This document shows, in pieces, positions 44,615 to 56,600 of a stretch of DNA of 64,000 nucleotides. A model generated the notes under the pieces. The model was not told where the DNA came from and ran no database searches. It was given only the letters and a program-made list of their open reading frames with translations. Within the stretch, counting starts at the first letter, position 1. Every line of letters begins with the position of its first letter. The DNA comes from Paraspadella gotoi (Eukaryota; Animalia; Chaetognatha), in NCBI GenBank assembly GCA_051294375.1, contig CM119269.1, positions 12,928,790-12,992,789 on the forward strand, given 5' to 3'. The position numbers were made by a program, and so were the translations under genes.

Positions 44615-47600
44615 GCGTACAAGAAGAGGAAGAGCCGAGAGAACAATCTCGCAAGTCTTCGGTTCGGGTTCAGGACCAAGAGCCCGAATCTGGGTAGAAC
44701 TTTTAAACTAAAGTGTAACTATAAATAAGAAGAAATTGAACTAGTAATAAACAGAAACGAGTTTCCTTTTTACCGAACCTGTGCTTCTATAGGCGGTGCT
44801 CTTGTCTTGCAGATTATGACATAGAATAACTGGCTATTAGGAGTTGGACGATTAAGGAGAAACATGAAATAACAAATTAATAAACCAATAAATTCCCGAG
44901 TCTCCTAAGAATGTAGTATATCAAGTCAATATTCAATACGATTCCGCAAGCTCGATGATTATTGGTCAAAACCGGTTCAATATCGGCCAATCGCGATTCA
45001 TTCCGGCACTTGATAGAGCCTCTCGATAAAATTATCTTATCATTGTTTATCTAATAATCATAATTATTAATCACGCTCATAATACAATCCGTCTATGTTG
45101 TTAATTATTATTTATTTTCTCTTCAGTGACGAATCTCCGTGTGAAGAAGAATCAGGATCTGAACTGGAAGAGACAGCAGCCCCGAGCAAAAAGTCTGCGG
45201 CGTCGGCTGCGGGCTCTGTCGCCGCGTCGGCTTCAGTGGCGGCGCCTCCCGGGCCGGCGGCGTCGAAGAAATCCGCCTTGGCTGCCTCCGTGAAACCGCC
45301 GGCTCACGTTGACAGGGGTCGTCCAGGAGCTTCTCGGTATCGATCCCGACTCTGTCTCTGTTTGTCGCTTTACTTTTTTAGAAGTTAAAAGGAATATTTC
45401 TTCGTGAAGGCCAGGCGGATCATCGAGACCAACTTACAAGTCTGTTAGGAGCAAAGCACGAAGCACATGTCAGTTGTTACTTTTTCCTGTTTGGCATTTG
45501 TTTTGTGAAATGACAAATTAGATTTGTAAGATTTGGTGATTATGTTCGATGCCTTTTTCTGTGATCAATTATGGTCACTAGTCAGAATGTCAGTCAGTTT
45601 TTTTCTCTTTCTATACTACTTAAAGTAATTATAATTCGCCAGAAATATCCTTAAAAATGTCATTGTTACGAAGATGGAAACAATTCCTCTCTTCAGATAC
45701 GACCCCTGGAATGATGTTCGACAGCGGGTCAAGCTCCTCTTTTGAATTTTCTGATTACGAAAGGTGAATTTAAATCGAAAAATCTTAAAAATTCGCTTAA
45801 CATTTGATGAAATGTCTGATTGAAACACGATAAAAAGCAATTAGAAATTTTTAAAATAGTGTCTGCTTCCGTATCATTTTCAAAGGTGTCTCTGTCAGGC
45901 AAATGTTTCTTCGGTATTTTAAATATGCATAAATAATTTTATAGAAACTATACCTGTTATTATTGTTTGACAGAGGTCCGAAGGCGGCTCGACCTCCCAC
46001 CAAGCCTCCGATCGATCGCGGCGAAGGTAATCGGAACCGAGACTGAATCGATTGCACTCCTTGATTTTATTCATTTATTTATTTTGGAGGGATCTTTTTG
46101 TCAATTTGCTCAGGCCCCGCTTTCGACAAAGCCTCTCGGGCGCCCACCGTCGCTAGCAAAATAACGAAAAAGAGTACATTCTGTGAGTTAACTTTAACTA
46201 ACGAAGATTACATTCTGTGAGTTAACTTTAACTAACTTTAACTAACGAAGATTACACTCTGTGAGTTAACTTTTGAGATTTAAAATTGTCGTATTCTCCC
46301 GGACTGCTTTTTCAGTACAAGATAATATTACAGCATTGGTAACCGACTTTTTAAAAAAAAATTACATATTTTAGAGGTCAGCCCTTTTTCTTTTCCACCA
46401 CTTGGCAATACTTTTTTCCCAGCAACTGCGCCTGGAATGGTCTTCGACGATTTTGGGTCGGGTTCCCTTTCTAGGACGAGTTCCGAGCTCCGTCGGATGC
46501 AAATGGAAGAGCTGAGGCGGTAATTTCTCAGTTTATCGGTTGAAAAACAAAGCAATCGATTATCAGATGTTGTCCACCGCAGAGCTGGAGTGCGGGACAG
46601 CGATCCCAGGATGCAGGCGCTGCTGAAGGGCGCCAAGGCGTCAAAGGCCGACGACCTCAAGAGACAAATGGAGGAACTAAGAAGGTCGGCGGTCGATTTT
46701 CGGGCTGAAATTGTGCAGTAGCAAAACCGGATAAACGTTATTTTCTTTGCGCCACTTAATAGGCAGGGAGTTCGTGATAGCGATCCAAGAATGCAAGCGT
46801 TAAAAAAGTCCTTGGCTGAAGCAGGGGACAAAGATGAAATTAAAAGACAAATGGAAGAATTAAGGAGGTCAGTTTTTAGTATGTTTTAACATATATTTTC
46901 GAGTGAACATATTTATCCGTTCTTTGCACGACTTAATAGGCAGGGGGTTCGTGATAGCGATCCAAGAATGCAAGCTTTAAAGAAATCGCTTGCTGAAGCC
47001 GGGGACAAAGATGAGATTCAACGACAAATGGATGAATTGAGGAGGTTGTTCTTTTAATTTAGATTATATTTATTTTATTATAAAATTGGTACAACCAATA
47101 TAAAAATTATCCATTCATTTAATAAATATGTTATGCTTATGTGCTATATATATATGCTATGCTTATTTATTTCGCATATATGTATTGTCTTATAGTTTTG
47201 AAATTTTATTTAATTTTTTTTAATGTTATCTCATTTTATTGTATATTTTTATATTTTGTTAATCAAACATAAAGAGCATAATAGCGTTTCGCTTCTAATA
47301 ATAGGCAGGGAGTTCGGGATAGCGACCCACGAATGCAAGCATTAAAGAAGTCGCTTGCCGAAGCTGGAGATAAGGATGAACTTAAAAGACAAATGGAAGA
47401 ATTAAGGAGGTTGCAAGTTTTCATTTTCTACCAATTTTAAATTTCTTTTATTAACTGTTATTTTTTTTAAATATTTCCGTATTTTTTTCATTTTTTTTTA
47501 AAAACAAAATGAGTATAAAAGTTGTTGGCATATCCTACTAGGCAGGGAGTGCGTGACAGCGATCCACGAATGCAAGCATTAAAAAAATCGCTTGCAGAAG

Positions 47601-49842
47601 CCGGAGACAAGGATGAAATTCAAAAACAGATGGAGGAATTGAGAAGGTCAATATTTTTTTAATAATTTCTTAAGTCAAATAATTTTGGAATAATATATTT
47701 TTGCTTTTCATAATAGACAGGGTGTTCGTGACAGCGACCCAAGAATGCAAGCTTTAAAGAAATCGCTTGCAGAGGCAGATCAAAAAGATGATATCAAAAG
47801 AGAAATGGAAGAATTAAGAAAGTAAATGATATAGATTATCTTTTTTTTAATTATTTTCCCATTAAGATTTTACATTATTGTTGTGTTTTTTCTCCTCATA
47901 CTAGGCAAGGGGTGCGAGACAGTGACCCAAGAATGCAAGCTTTGAAAAAGTCCCTTGCAGAGGCTGGAGACAAAGATGAAATTCAAAGACAGATGGAAGA
48001 ATTACGAAAGTATATATTATAGCTATTTATACATTTAATATGTTACCAGTTTTTTTTTATCAGGGCTGGAGTTCGTGACAGCGACCCCAGAATGCAAGCA
48101 TTAAAAAAGTCGCTTGCTGAGGCAGATGAAAAAGATGACATCAAACGTCAAATGGAAGAATTAAAAAAGTGAATGTTAAAATTATTTTTAAACTTTTACC
48201 TCAAGGACTTTTATTTATTGTTGTTTTTACTTCGCACATTAGGCAGGGAGTTCGTGACAGTGATCCGAGAATGCAAGCATTGAGAAAGTCCTTAGCAGAG
48301 GCTGGAGACAAAGACGAAATTCAAAGACAGATGGAAGAATTAAAAAAGTAATTTACTAAATACTATATTTTTAATTTTTGGGATTATTCTCATTCAAAAT
48401 TTTTTCTTTTTTTTTTTAGGGCGGGAGTTCGCGATAGCGATCCAAGAATGCAGGCATTAAGAAAGTCGCTTGCGGAAGCAGAACAAAAAGATGAAATCCA
48501 AAGGCAAATGGAAGAATTGAGAAAGTATGTTATTTTACAATTAAGTAACTGAAAAGCCATATTATTACCTTTTTCATCTGAGTGTCTAGAGTCACTTAAA
48601 ACATTCTTGATCTATTAAAAGTTATCTCAGAAAAGTGCAGAGTTCAAGAAGTACAAGGTTCTCTCCCTTTTACCTACATTAGCTCTACTTTTCACCCAAT
48701 TGCAGATCTGGGGTACGCGATAGCGATCCCAGGATGCAGGCGCTAAGAAAGTCATTGGCGGAGACGGAAGGAGGTAAGGTCAGCGCCGCCGATCAGGCCG
48801 CGCGGGACGACGTCGCGAGACAGATGGAGGAACTGAGAAAGTAAGTATCGCTTAGAGAGATTGATAATGATCGCTTCGTCTCAACCGCTCATTGGTTGGT
48901 TTCTTTAAACCAATCAGAATGGGCGTCCGCGATAGCGATCCACGAATGCAGCAATTGCTGAAAGAGGACGAGCGATTGGCTGATAAGATGTTGGAAGAAG
49001 CGAAAAAGTAAGTCGTTGTTGACGTTGAATAATGAATATCTCTTTTTTCAACTTGAAATCGGTACAGTTTCCAGTTTTTTAAGTGATTGTGTTAAACGAA
49101 TTAAAACTAGTTTGAGCAAACAATGCCGGATCTGCCCACGATCATTAGCGGTGCAGCTGATCACACAAGGTCTTAATAATTTATTAATTAATATATTAAA
49201 TAATTAATTAATAAATTAAATAATTAATTAATTAATATTAATTTTTTTATTCTCGTCAAAATCTTTTTCCACTTTGCCTCGACCACAAAACAACAATATC
49301 GATTACAAAATTATAAATTATAAAAATAATAAATTAATTAATTACAAAATAATTAATTAATGACTAATTTATTAATAATCTACGGACGGACGGACAACAT
49401 TTTATTTTGCATAATTTATCATAATTCGATATTCTAAGATGATGTAAGTAACTTACCAACAAGATTTTGGGGTGGGACCGACGGACCGACAAAGTGGATT
49501 ATAGAGCCGGAATCTGCTGTAAGCAGATCCGGCTAAAATTATACCTGAGATTCTAACAACGATGCCTCTAAAGCAATAAAATCTTACGTGAATGTGAAAA
49601 TTTCGTTGAAAGTTGAAATACATATTCATGAATGAATTAAATTAAGTAGTAAACTCATGAAAGGATCATCAAAAATTTTATATTCTGCTTTTAGCTTAGT
49701 ATCTCCGAACCTGATGTCAGGTCATGTCATGTCATGTCATCTTCAGATCGGGACTCCGCGACGAAGATCAAGCAATGAAAGATCTTCGAGTCGCCGTCGG
49801 GGAGAAAGACGAACGTCAGGCCAAGCTTGACAAGGAGTTGGA

Positions 49843-49914
<72 letters not shown>

Positions 49915-51584
49915 AGAGAGAGGAGGAGAGAGAGAGAGAGAGAAAAGAGAGAGAGAGAGAGAGAAGAGAGAGAGAGAAACCATTGATGACAAAATGGATC
50001 AAATTAGCCTTTCTGTCTTTTTCTTTCTTCTCTTATTTCTCTCCTCTCTTTTTTTTTCTCGCCACCAGGAGGCGCGCGCCCGCGGGGACGAGGCGGCCGT
50101 CAAGCGTCTCCTCGAGGAGAGCGGCCGCGGCGATGAGGCGATGACGCGACGAACCTCCGACATCAAACGCAGCGTCGCCGGCGCAGCAGACACGGCAGCG
50201 CTGGTTACCAAAACCTCGGCGCAGCTGGAAAAGGAATTGAAAGTACGATGAAGCCATTGATTTAATTTTAAATCATTTATTTTATTTGTTTATTTATTTA
50301 TTAATTTATTTATATTTCGAATGCGACACCTTTTCTGGCGTTTAAGCTTACCACTTCCCTCTTTCAACTTTCCGCTTCCTCGTATCTCGCTTCCCATTTT
50401 TCAATCCCCTCACTTCCCCCTTACCCAATCCCCCAAATCCGTTTCCTCTTCCCCCGAATCCCCTCACTTCCCCTAACCAATCCCCCAAATCCGTCCCCCT
50501 TCCCCCGAATCCCCTCACTTCTCCCCTTACCCAATCCCCCAAATCCATCCCCCCTTCCCCCGAATCCCTTCACTTTCCCCTTTACCCAATCCCCCAAATC
50601 CGTCCCCCCTTCCCCTGAATCCCCTCACTTCCCCCCTTACCCAATTCCGCCCCCTTCCCCTGAATCCCCTCACTTCCCCCTTCCCAATCCCAAAATCGTC
50701 CCCCTTCCCCAATCCCCCACTTCTCCCCTACGAATCCCCCAAATCCATCCCCCCTCCCCCGAATCCCCTCACTTCCCCCTTACCCAATTCCCCAAATCCG
50801 TCCCCCCTTCCCTCGAATCCCCTCACTTCCCCCCTTACCCAATCGCCCAAATCCATCCCCCCTTCTCCCGAATCCCCACTTCCCCCCTTACCCAATTCCC
50901 CAAATCCGTCCCCCCCGAATCCCCTCACTTCCCCCTAACCCAATCCCCCAAATCCATCCCCCCTTCCCCCGAATCCCCTCACTTCCCCCTTTACCCAATC
51001 CCTCAAATCCGTCTCCCGTTCCCCCGAATCCCCTCAATTCCCCTTACCCAATCCCCCTTCCCCGAATCCCTCTCACTTCCCCGCTTCCCTTCCAGAGACC
51101 TCGGTCTCTCCGACGCGGAGATTCAACGTCGTCTCGAGGAGAATCGAGAAAGAAGATCACAAGCGGAGGCGGACATGAGGGCGGCGAAGAAGGCGGGATC
51201 GATTCAGGTCCAACGTTTTACTCTAATCTTTAACAACGACTGATTGTAATGAAATTATAATTTCACTAAACCGTTTCTTTTAATCTCAAACACAACGAAA
51301 CGAAAGAAAAATGAACAATGTCTACTATTAACCTCTATATTTCCAGCCAGAACCCCAGAGTGTGTCAAAATATTTTTGAAAATATATTAGCTCAAGATGA
51401 GTGTAAATTGAGATATTAAAACTAGATTATGAACGAAAATCTAGAAAGTGCGAATAAAAAAAATGACTGACCGACCATGGTTTTTCAGATGGAAGACGCG
51501 TTGGCCAAGGGCGCGGCGGCGGGGATGGACGACTCGAAGGCCAGCGGCGGAGGTCTCCAAGGATTTGGCCAGGATGGGAGAAGG

Positions 51585-51642
<58 letters not shown>

Positions 51643-52292
51643 AATGTGACACGTAAAGAAGCGAACTATATTTTTCCTACTCAGATTTTGAAAAAGTACG
51701 GAGACGTCTCCAAGGATCAGATCGAGTTGATTCAAACTCTCTACTTCTCTCGAACCAAAACCGTCAAGCATTTGTTGGACGATCTCAAGAAGAAGGGAAA
51801 GAGTTCTGACGAAATCCTCGGTAAATATGGAGAAGACGATTGCTGAAGATATTAGAACAAGATCGGTTCATCCAATGTGTTGCAGGGAAAGTGACTTTAT
51901 TTCTCGTGACATGACATGACTACAATAACTTTCTTAACCTGTGTGTATTTATGACACGCACTGCATTGGAATTTTGTCTTTTATTCTTTATAGTTTTAGA
52001 ATTTCCTGAAGGCGGCGCGAGCAGTCCTTTAGATTTTTTTCATATGTGCATTTTTAACGTAATTGGGACAGACCGACAGACCGACCGAAAAGTGACTTAT
52101 TAGAGTTGCTCCGCGAATACTCGCGGCGCAACTAAGAAGAAATATTCCACGCGGTCATTGAGAGAGTGAGAGAGAGTTTTCAACAAAAGACAGTTGAAGG
52201 TAACGTCAGGTGAAATTGAGTGAGAGAGAAAAAAGAAATGAAACATTCATAACAGGCTCGAGTCTTCAGCCTTCTAACTCTCGGTTTGTGTT

Positions 52293-52371
<79 letters not shown>

Positions 52372-52502
52372 GGCCCAGCCGAAGACGTTTATCAGGCTCA
52401 ACAAGAGAGAGACACAAATCTCAAGATGGCCGTCCGAACCGTCAATCGTGGAGACGATCAGATCTTCGAGGTGGTCGACTCCTACAAGTCGGTTGGTGAG
52501 AA

Positions 52503-52585
<83 letters not shown>

Positions 52586-53559
52586 TGCCGACGTTAATCA
52601 CGACCAAAAAAGGTTTGACGAATTCCGACGGAGAGCTGGCGACGGCCGAGAGCGGCCAGCTGCCGACGGCAAAGAACAAGGGAGAGGAAAAGTTGAAGAA
52701 TATCATGAAGAAGACGACGACGTCGGCGGCGACGAGCTATTGGAAGGGCGCCGACAAGGGCGGACTCAAGGACGAGAAGTATCTGGATAGAATCGTCGCG
52801 GATCTGCCCTACAAGGACGCCGAGGCGAAAAAGGGTGGGAAGATTTGCTTTTTAAAACGCACGTAGAATCGATGGAATAGTGAAATTAAACTTAAAATTT
52901 TATTTAAATTTAAATTTAGACAATACAATTTTGTTTAAATTAAATTAGGCTTAAGTTTGATCAAATTTAAACAAGACGAAATGAGATGATTTTTTGTTAA
53001 GTTAAATTAGGTTAAGTTGATCAAATTTAAACAAGACTGAACGAGATGATTTTTGATAAATTAAATTAAGTTAAATAAAATTTACACCCAATGAAATAAG
53101 ATGCTTTTTGTTTAATTAAATCAATGATTAATTTAATTTAAGTCTTAATGATATGATTTCTATTTTTTGCAGACGTGAAGGAGGCGACGAACATGGACAA
53201 CATCACGTGTCTCTCGAAGCGATCAAAGAATTCAGGAGTCGCGGTCTCGAGGTGACGATAAAATTGGTCGCCCCGGTTTTTCTTTTCTTGTCACTTTACG
53301 TATAGAAATGAATGAAGAAAAACGAGACAGAACTCCGCGGTTGATCTTCCTGAAATACTCCCAGACTGTTAGTTATAAATCTGTACATCTTAGTGAGTTA
53401 TTAATGTTTAATAAAAATTTAACTAAATTTATCAGGATAAATTTAGGTACGAAACGAACTTAATTATTGATGAATAATTGTTGATAATTGTTGATAATTA
53501 TTGATGAATAACAAATATCTTGCTCTTCAAGGCAGTTTGTAGGAACGTGTCCCAATTTT

Positions 53560-53644
<85 letters not shown>

Positions 53645-56600
53645 TCTTCTCTCTCCCACAAGGACGAGAGCCTCATCCTCGACGCAGAGATGAAGCTCAT
53701 CCTCCTCGTCGCCTACAAACATAAGAAGTTGCCCTACAACAAGCGAGAGCTCGAGGGTCCACTTCAGGCGCCTGCACAAGAACGCCCTCATCGGGTTCAC
53801 GGCGCCCCGGGGACGCCACCGCCGACGCCAAGTCCGCCTCGGAGAGCGCCAAAGCTGCCAAGGCGGCCGGCGACGAAGGACATTCAGGCGAAGATCGGAA
53901 CGCGGCGTCGCTTTCAATGGACGAACCTGGAAAAGGTTGAAAGGGGCGTGGCGGATGATTAGTAGAGTTATCCGAATTTGTAAAGCTATTGCGTTTTAAA
54001 TTATTCCGGAGAAATTACACAATGTCGAAGAATAGTTAAAATTATTTCGTTAATTATTTAACGAGCAAACCTTACCGACCCTCTAACGGGTCGATTGGCG
54101 AAAAAGCAAATTAGCATTGTTTTCATTTACATTAGTTTTCTTTTGGATTATGATAATTAAAATTGATAATTATAGAAGTTTAAAAATAACAATAAAAAGT
54201 AATGAAACTTAAATGCTTTGAGGATATTTTCGGCCGTGCGCTCGTTCATTAATACTCGTTTCCTCTTTTAACTAGTCGTGTTAATATATTTATAATAATA
54301 TGAGTAATCGTTATTCCATTTCACGCCTTTATTCAGGGAATCCTCCAGGTCATCGAATCGTTCCACATGGAAGGCCTCAGCGCCGGCTCTGACGGAGACC
54401 TCTACAAAGCAGAGAAGGAGCTCCTGCCCAAAAAAAGACCATCAAAACAGATCTAAAAAACTGAGGAAGAACCTCAGAATCGTCTCCTTCACGGACTCAG
54501 CGTGAAGTTCATTCTCTTTGTTGATCCCGGGTTCCATTCGTTTGAATGGTGGTCATCGCTGGCGTAGATGGCGCTGCCAGAATTGGATCAGAGCTACCCG
54601 GAATCAACGAGGAGATGAAGGAGAAGGAGAGGTTGAAGGCCGATGCAGCAAGGAGCTTTCAGCGGGGAATTAAAGAAAAAAACTTGGACGTCCTGCAGGT
54701 CACTGCTGCTTGCGGCTCCTGCAAGATATTGTCACGGCATGTAGAGTTTGCCCGTGTCGATTGCCAGTTTGCAACACTTTGAGCAAAGAAACTCGGTCTC
54801 GAAGAGAGGACGGATCCAATCGCAACGCCAATAAAATGAATTTTCGAGCTGCTGAACGGAGGACGCCAAGGGCAAGGTATATGTTGTTGTTGTTGTTGAT
54901 TCAATCCGATCCATCCAATACTCTACTATTCAAATACATACATCCAATTTCTAGGGGGCGGGGACCATGGATTTGTCGCGTTTCAGCAAATGAAGCATCG
55001 AAGTTTGGAGCAATTGTTGAATCGTTAAGAAAAATGGTTTGGGAGACGATCACCCCGCAGTGAAGGTTCGTCTATTTTCGATTGACTTTGTTTTTGGAGA
55101 ACTATTGTTTTTGTTTATTACTTGCGACAGGCGGCAGAGAAAGCTTTTGGTAAGATCAACGGTCGCGCCAAAGAAGAAGCAAAAAGGAACTGGAAAGAGC
55201 TATTGCATCGGTGGGTATGTGAAAGAAGAAAGAAAAGAAAAAAAGATAAAGAAAGAAGAAAGAAGAAAGAAAGAAAGAAGAAAGAAAAGAAAAAGAGAAA
55301 GAAAATAAAGTAAAATATTAAAAGAAAGTTATCCCCCCCACCGCTTGCAAGGATTCGACTCGCAATCAAAAAAGGCGATGGACAAGCTTTGAAGACGACG
55401 GGCGGCTTGGACGACAACGAGACCAACATTTGCTCGACGGGATGAAAGACGTTGGAGAAGAATGTCAAAGAGGAGAGCAAAGATCTCTGAGCGAGCGGCA
55501 TCGAAAGGCTGGAGCATGTCAGTCTTTCCCGTAATGCACTTAAGCCTTAATTTCATCGATCCTTACTTGGAAAAAAATTGAATCGTTTCTTCTTTTGTGT
55601 GTTATGGTTTTACTTCGTTATTATCTCTCATTTATATTTCATTCAAAAGAAAAAACCAACAGTCAGGTGCTATGGTGGACTAAAATCCACCAACCGTTCA
55701 TCAGCGAGCCATTGTGCCGAGGCAAGTCGTTCGCCTCCCGCCCCGGGGTCCGGGGTTCTTAGCCCGGTGGTCGTCTGGCAGTTGAGAGGGACGGGGCAGC
55801 TTGACCGCCTGTGGCATGGTGTTGGGCCTGGTATCCAAGGGCTCGCGGGACTGCTTATATTTGAAACGGTATCTGTCACTATAACATAATAATAATTACT
55901 GTCTCTCATTGGTGACCCGAACTTTCCGAACCACAACAGCAACAACAACACTCTCAGGCGACATGCCTCAACCTGGCGATGCACTTTCCGCCAACAACAC
56001 ATCAGCGACAATGCCTCAACTTGGTGACGAACTTTCCACCATCAAACAACAATTCACTGAAGAGACGCAACAGGACTTCTCCCTACGGCGAGGGGGGGAT
56101 TTATGGTGGACTAAAACTCACACCAAACCGTTCATCAAGCGGCCATATTGGTGCGGAGGCAAGTTCGTTTCGCTCCCGCCCCGGGTTCGAGTTCTATACC
56201 CGCGTGTCCGTTCTGCAGTTAGAGGAACGGGGCGCTTGACTGCCTGTGGCAATGGGTGTTGCGGCCTGGTCCGAGGCTCGGGACTGCTATATTGAACGGT
56301 TCTGCACTATAACATAATATAATTTACTGTCTCTTCATGCCGTATTTTTTTGCCATAACAAAAGTGAATCAAATAAATAAAATAAAATGATAATTTATGT
56401 TTTTAGATGATGATGATGATGATCAGAAATTAAAAGCTGTTATGAAAAAACGATTTAATAACACTCAACGTTTAAAAAATATCGAGAAAAATTTAAACAA
56501 AGAAACAAAATCCTGAAATTATAATCACTTTGATTGCCCCACTTTATCATCTTTACAGCCGCTGGCAAAAAAGCCTGTGGGATGACCTGGAGAAATTCCG

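Noticed and set aside
46763-48524. CRISPR-like repeat-spacer array
   Set aside because: Repeats are 105-nt coding exons with synonymous variation and the spacers are GT-AG introns; eukaryotic context, no cas genes.
46583-49007. Glutaminase gene
   Set aside because: Only a short GxRxSDPR resemblance; no catalytic SxxK glutaminase domain in any exon.
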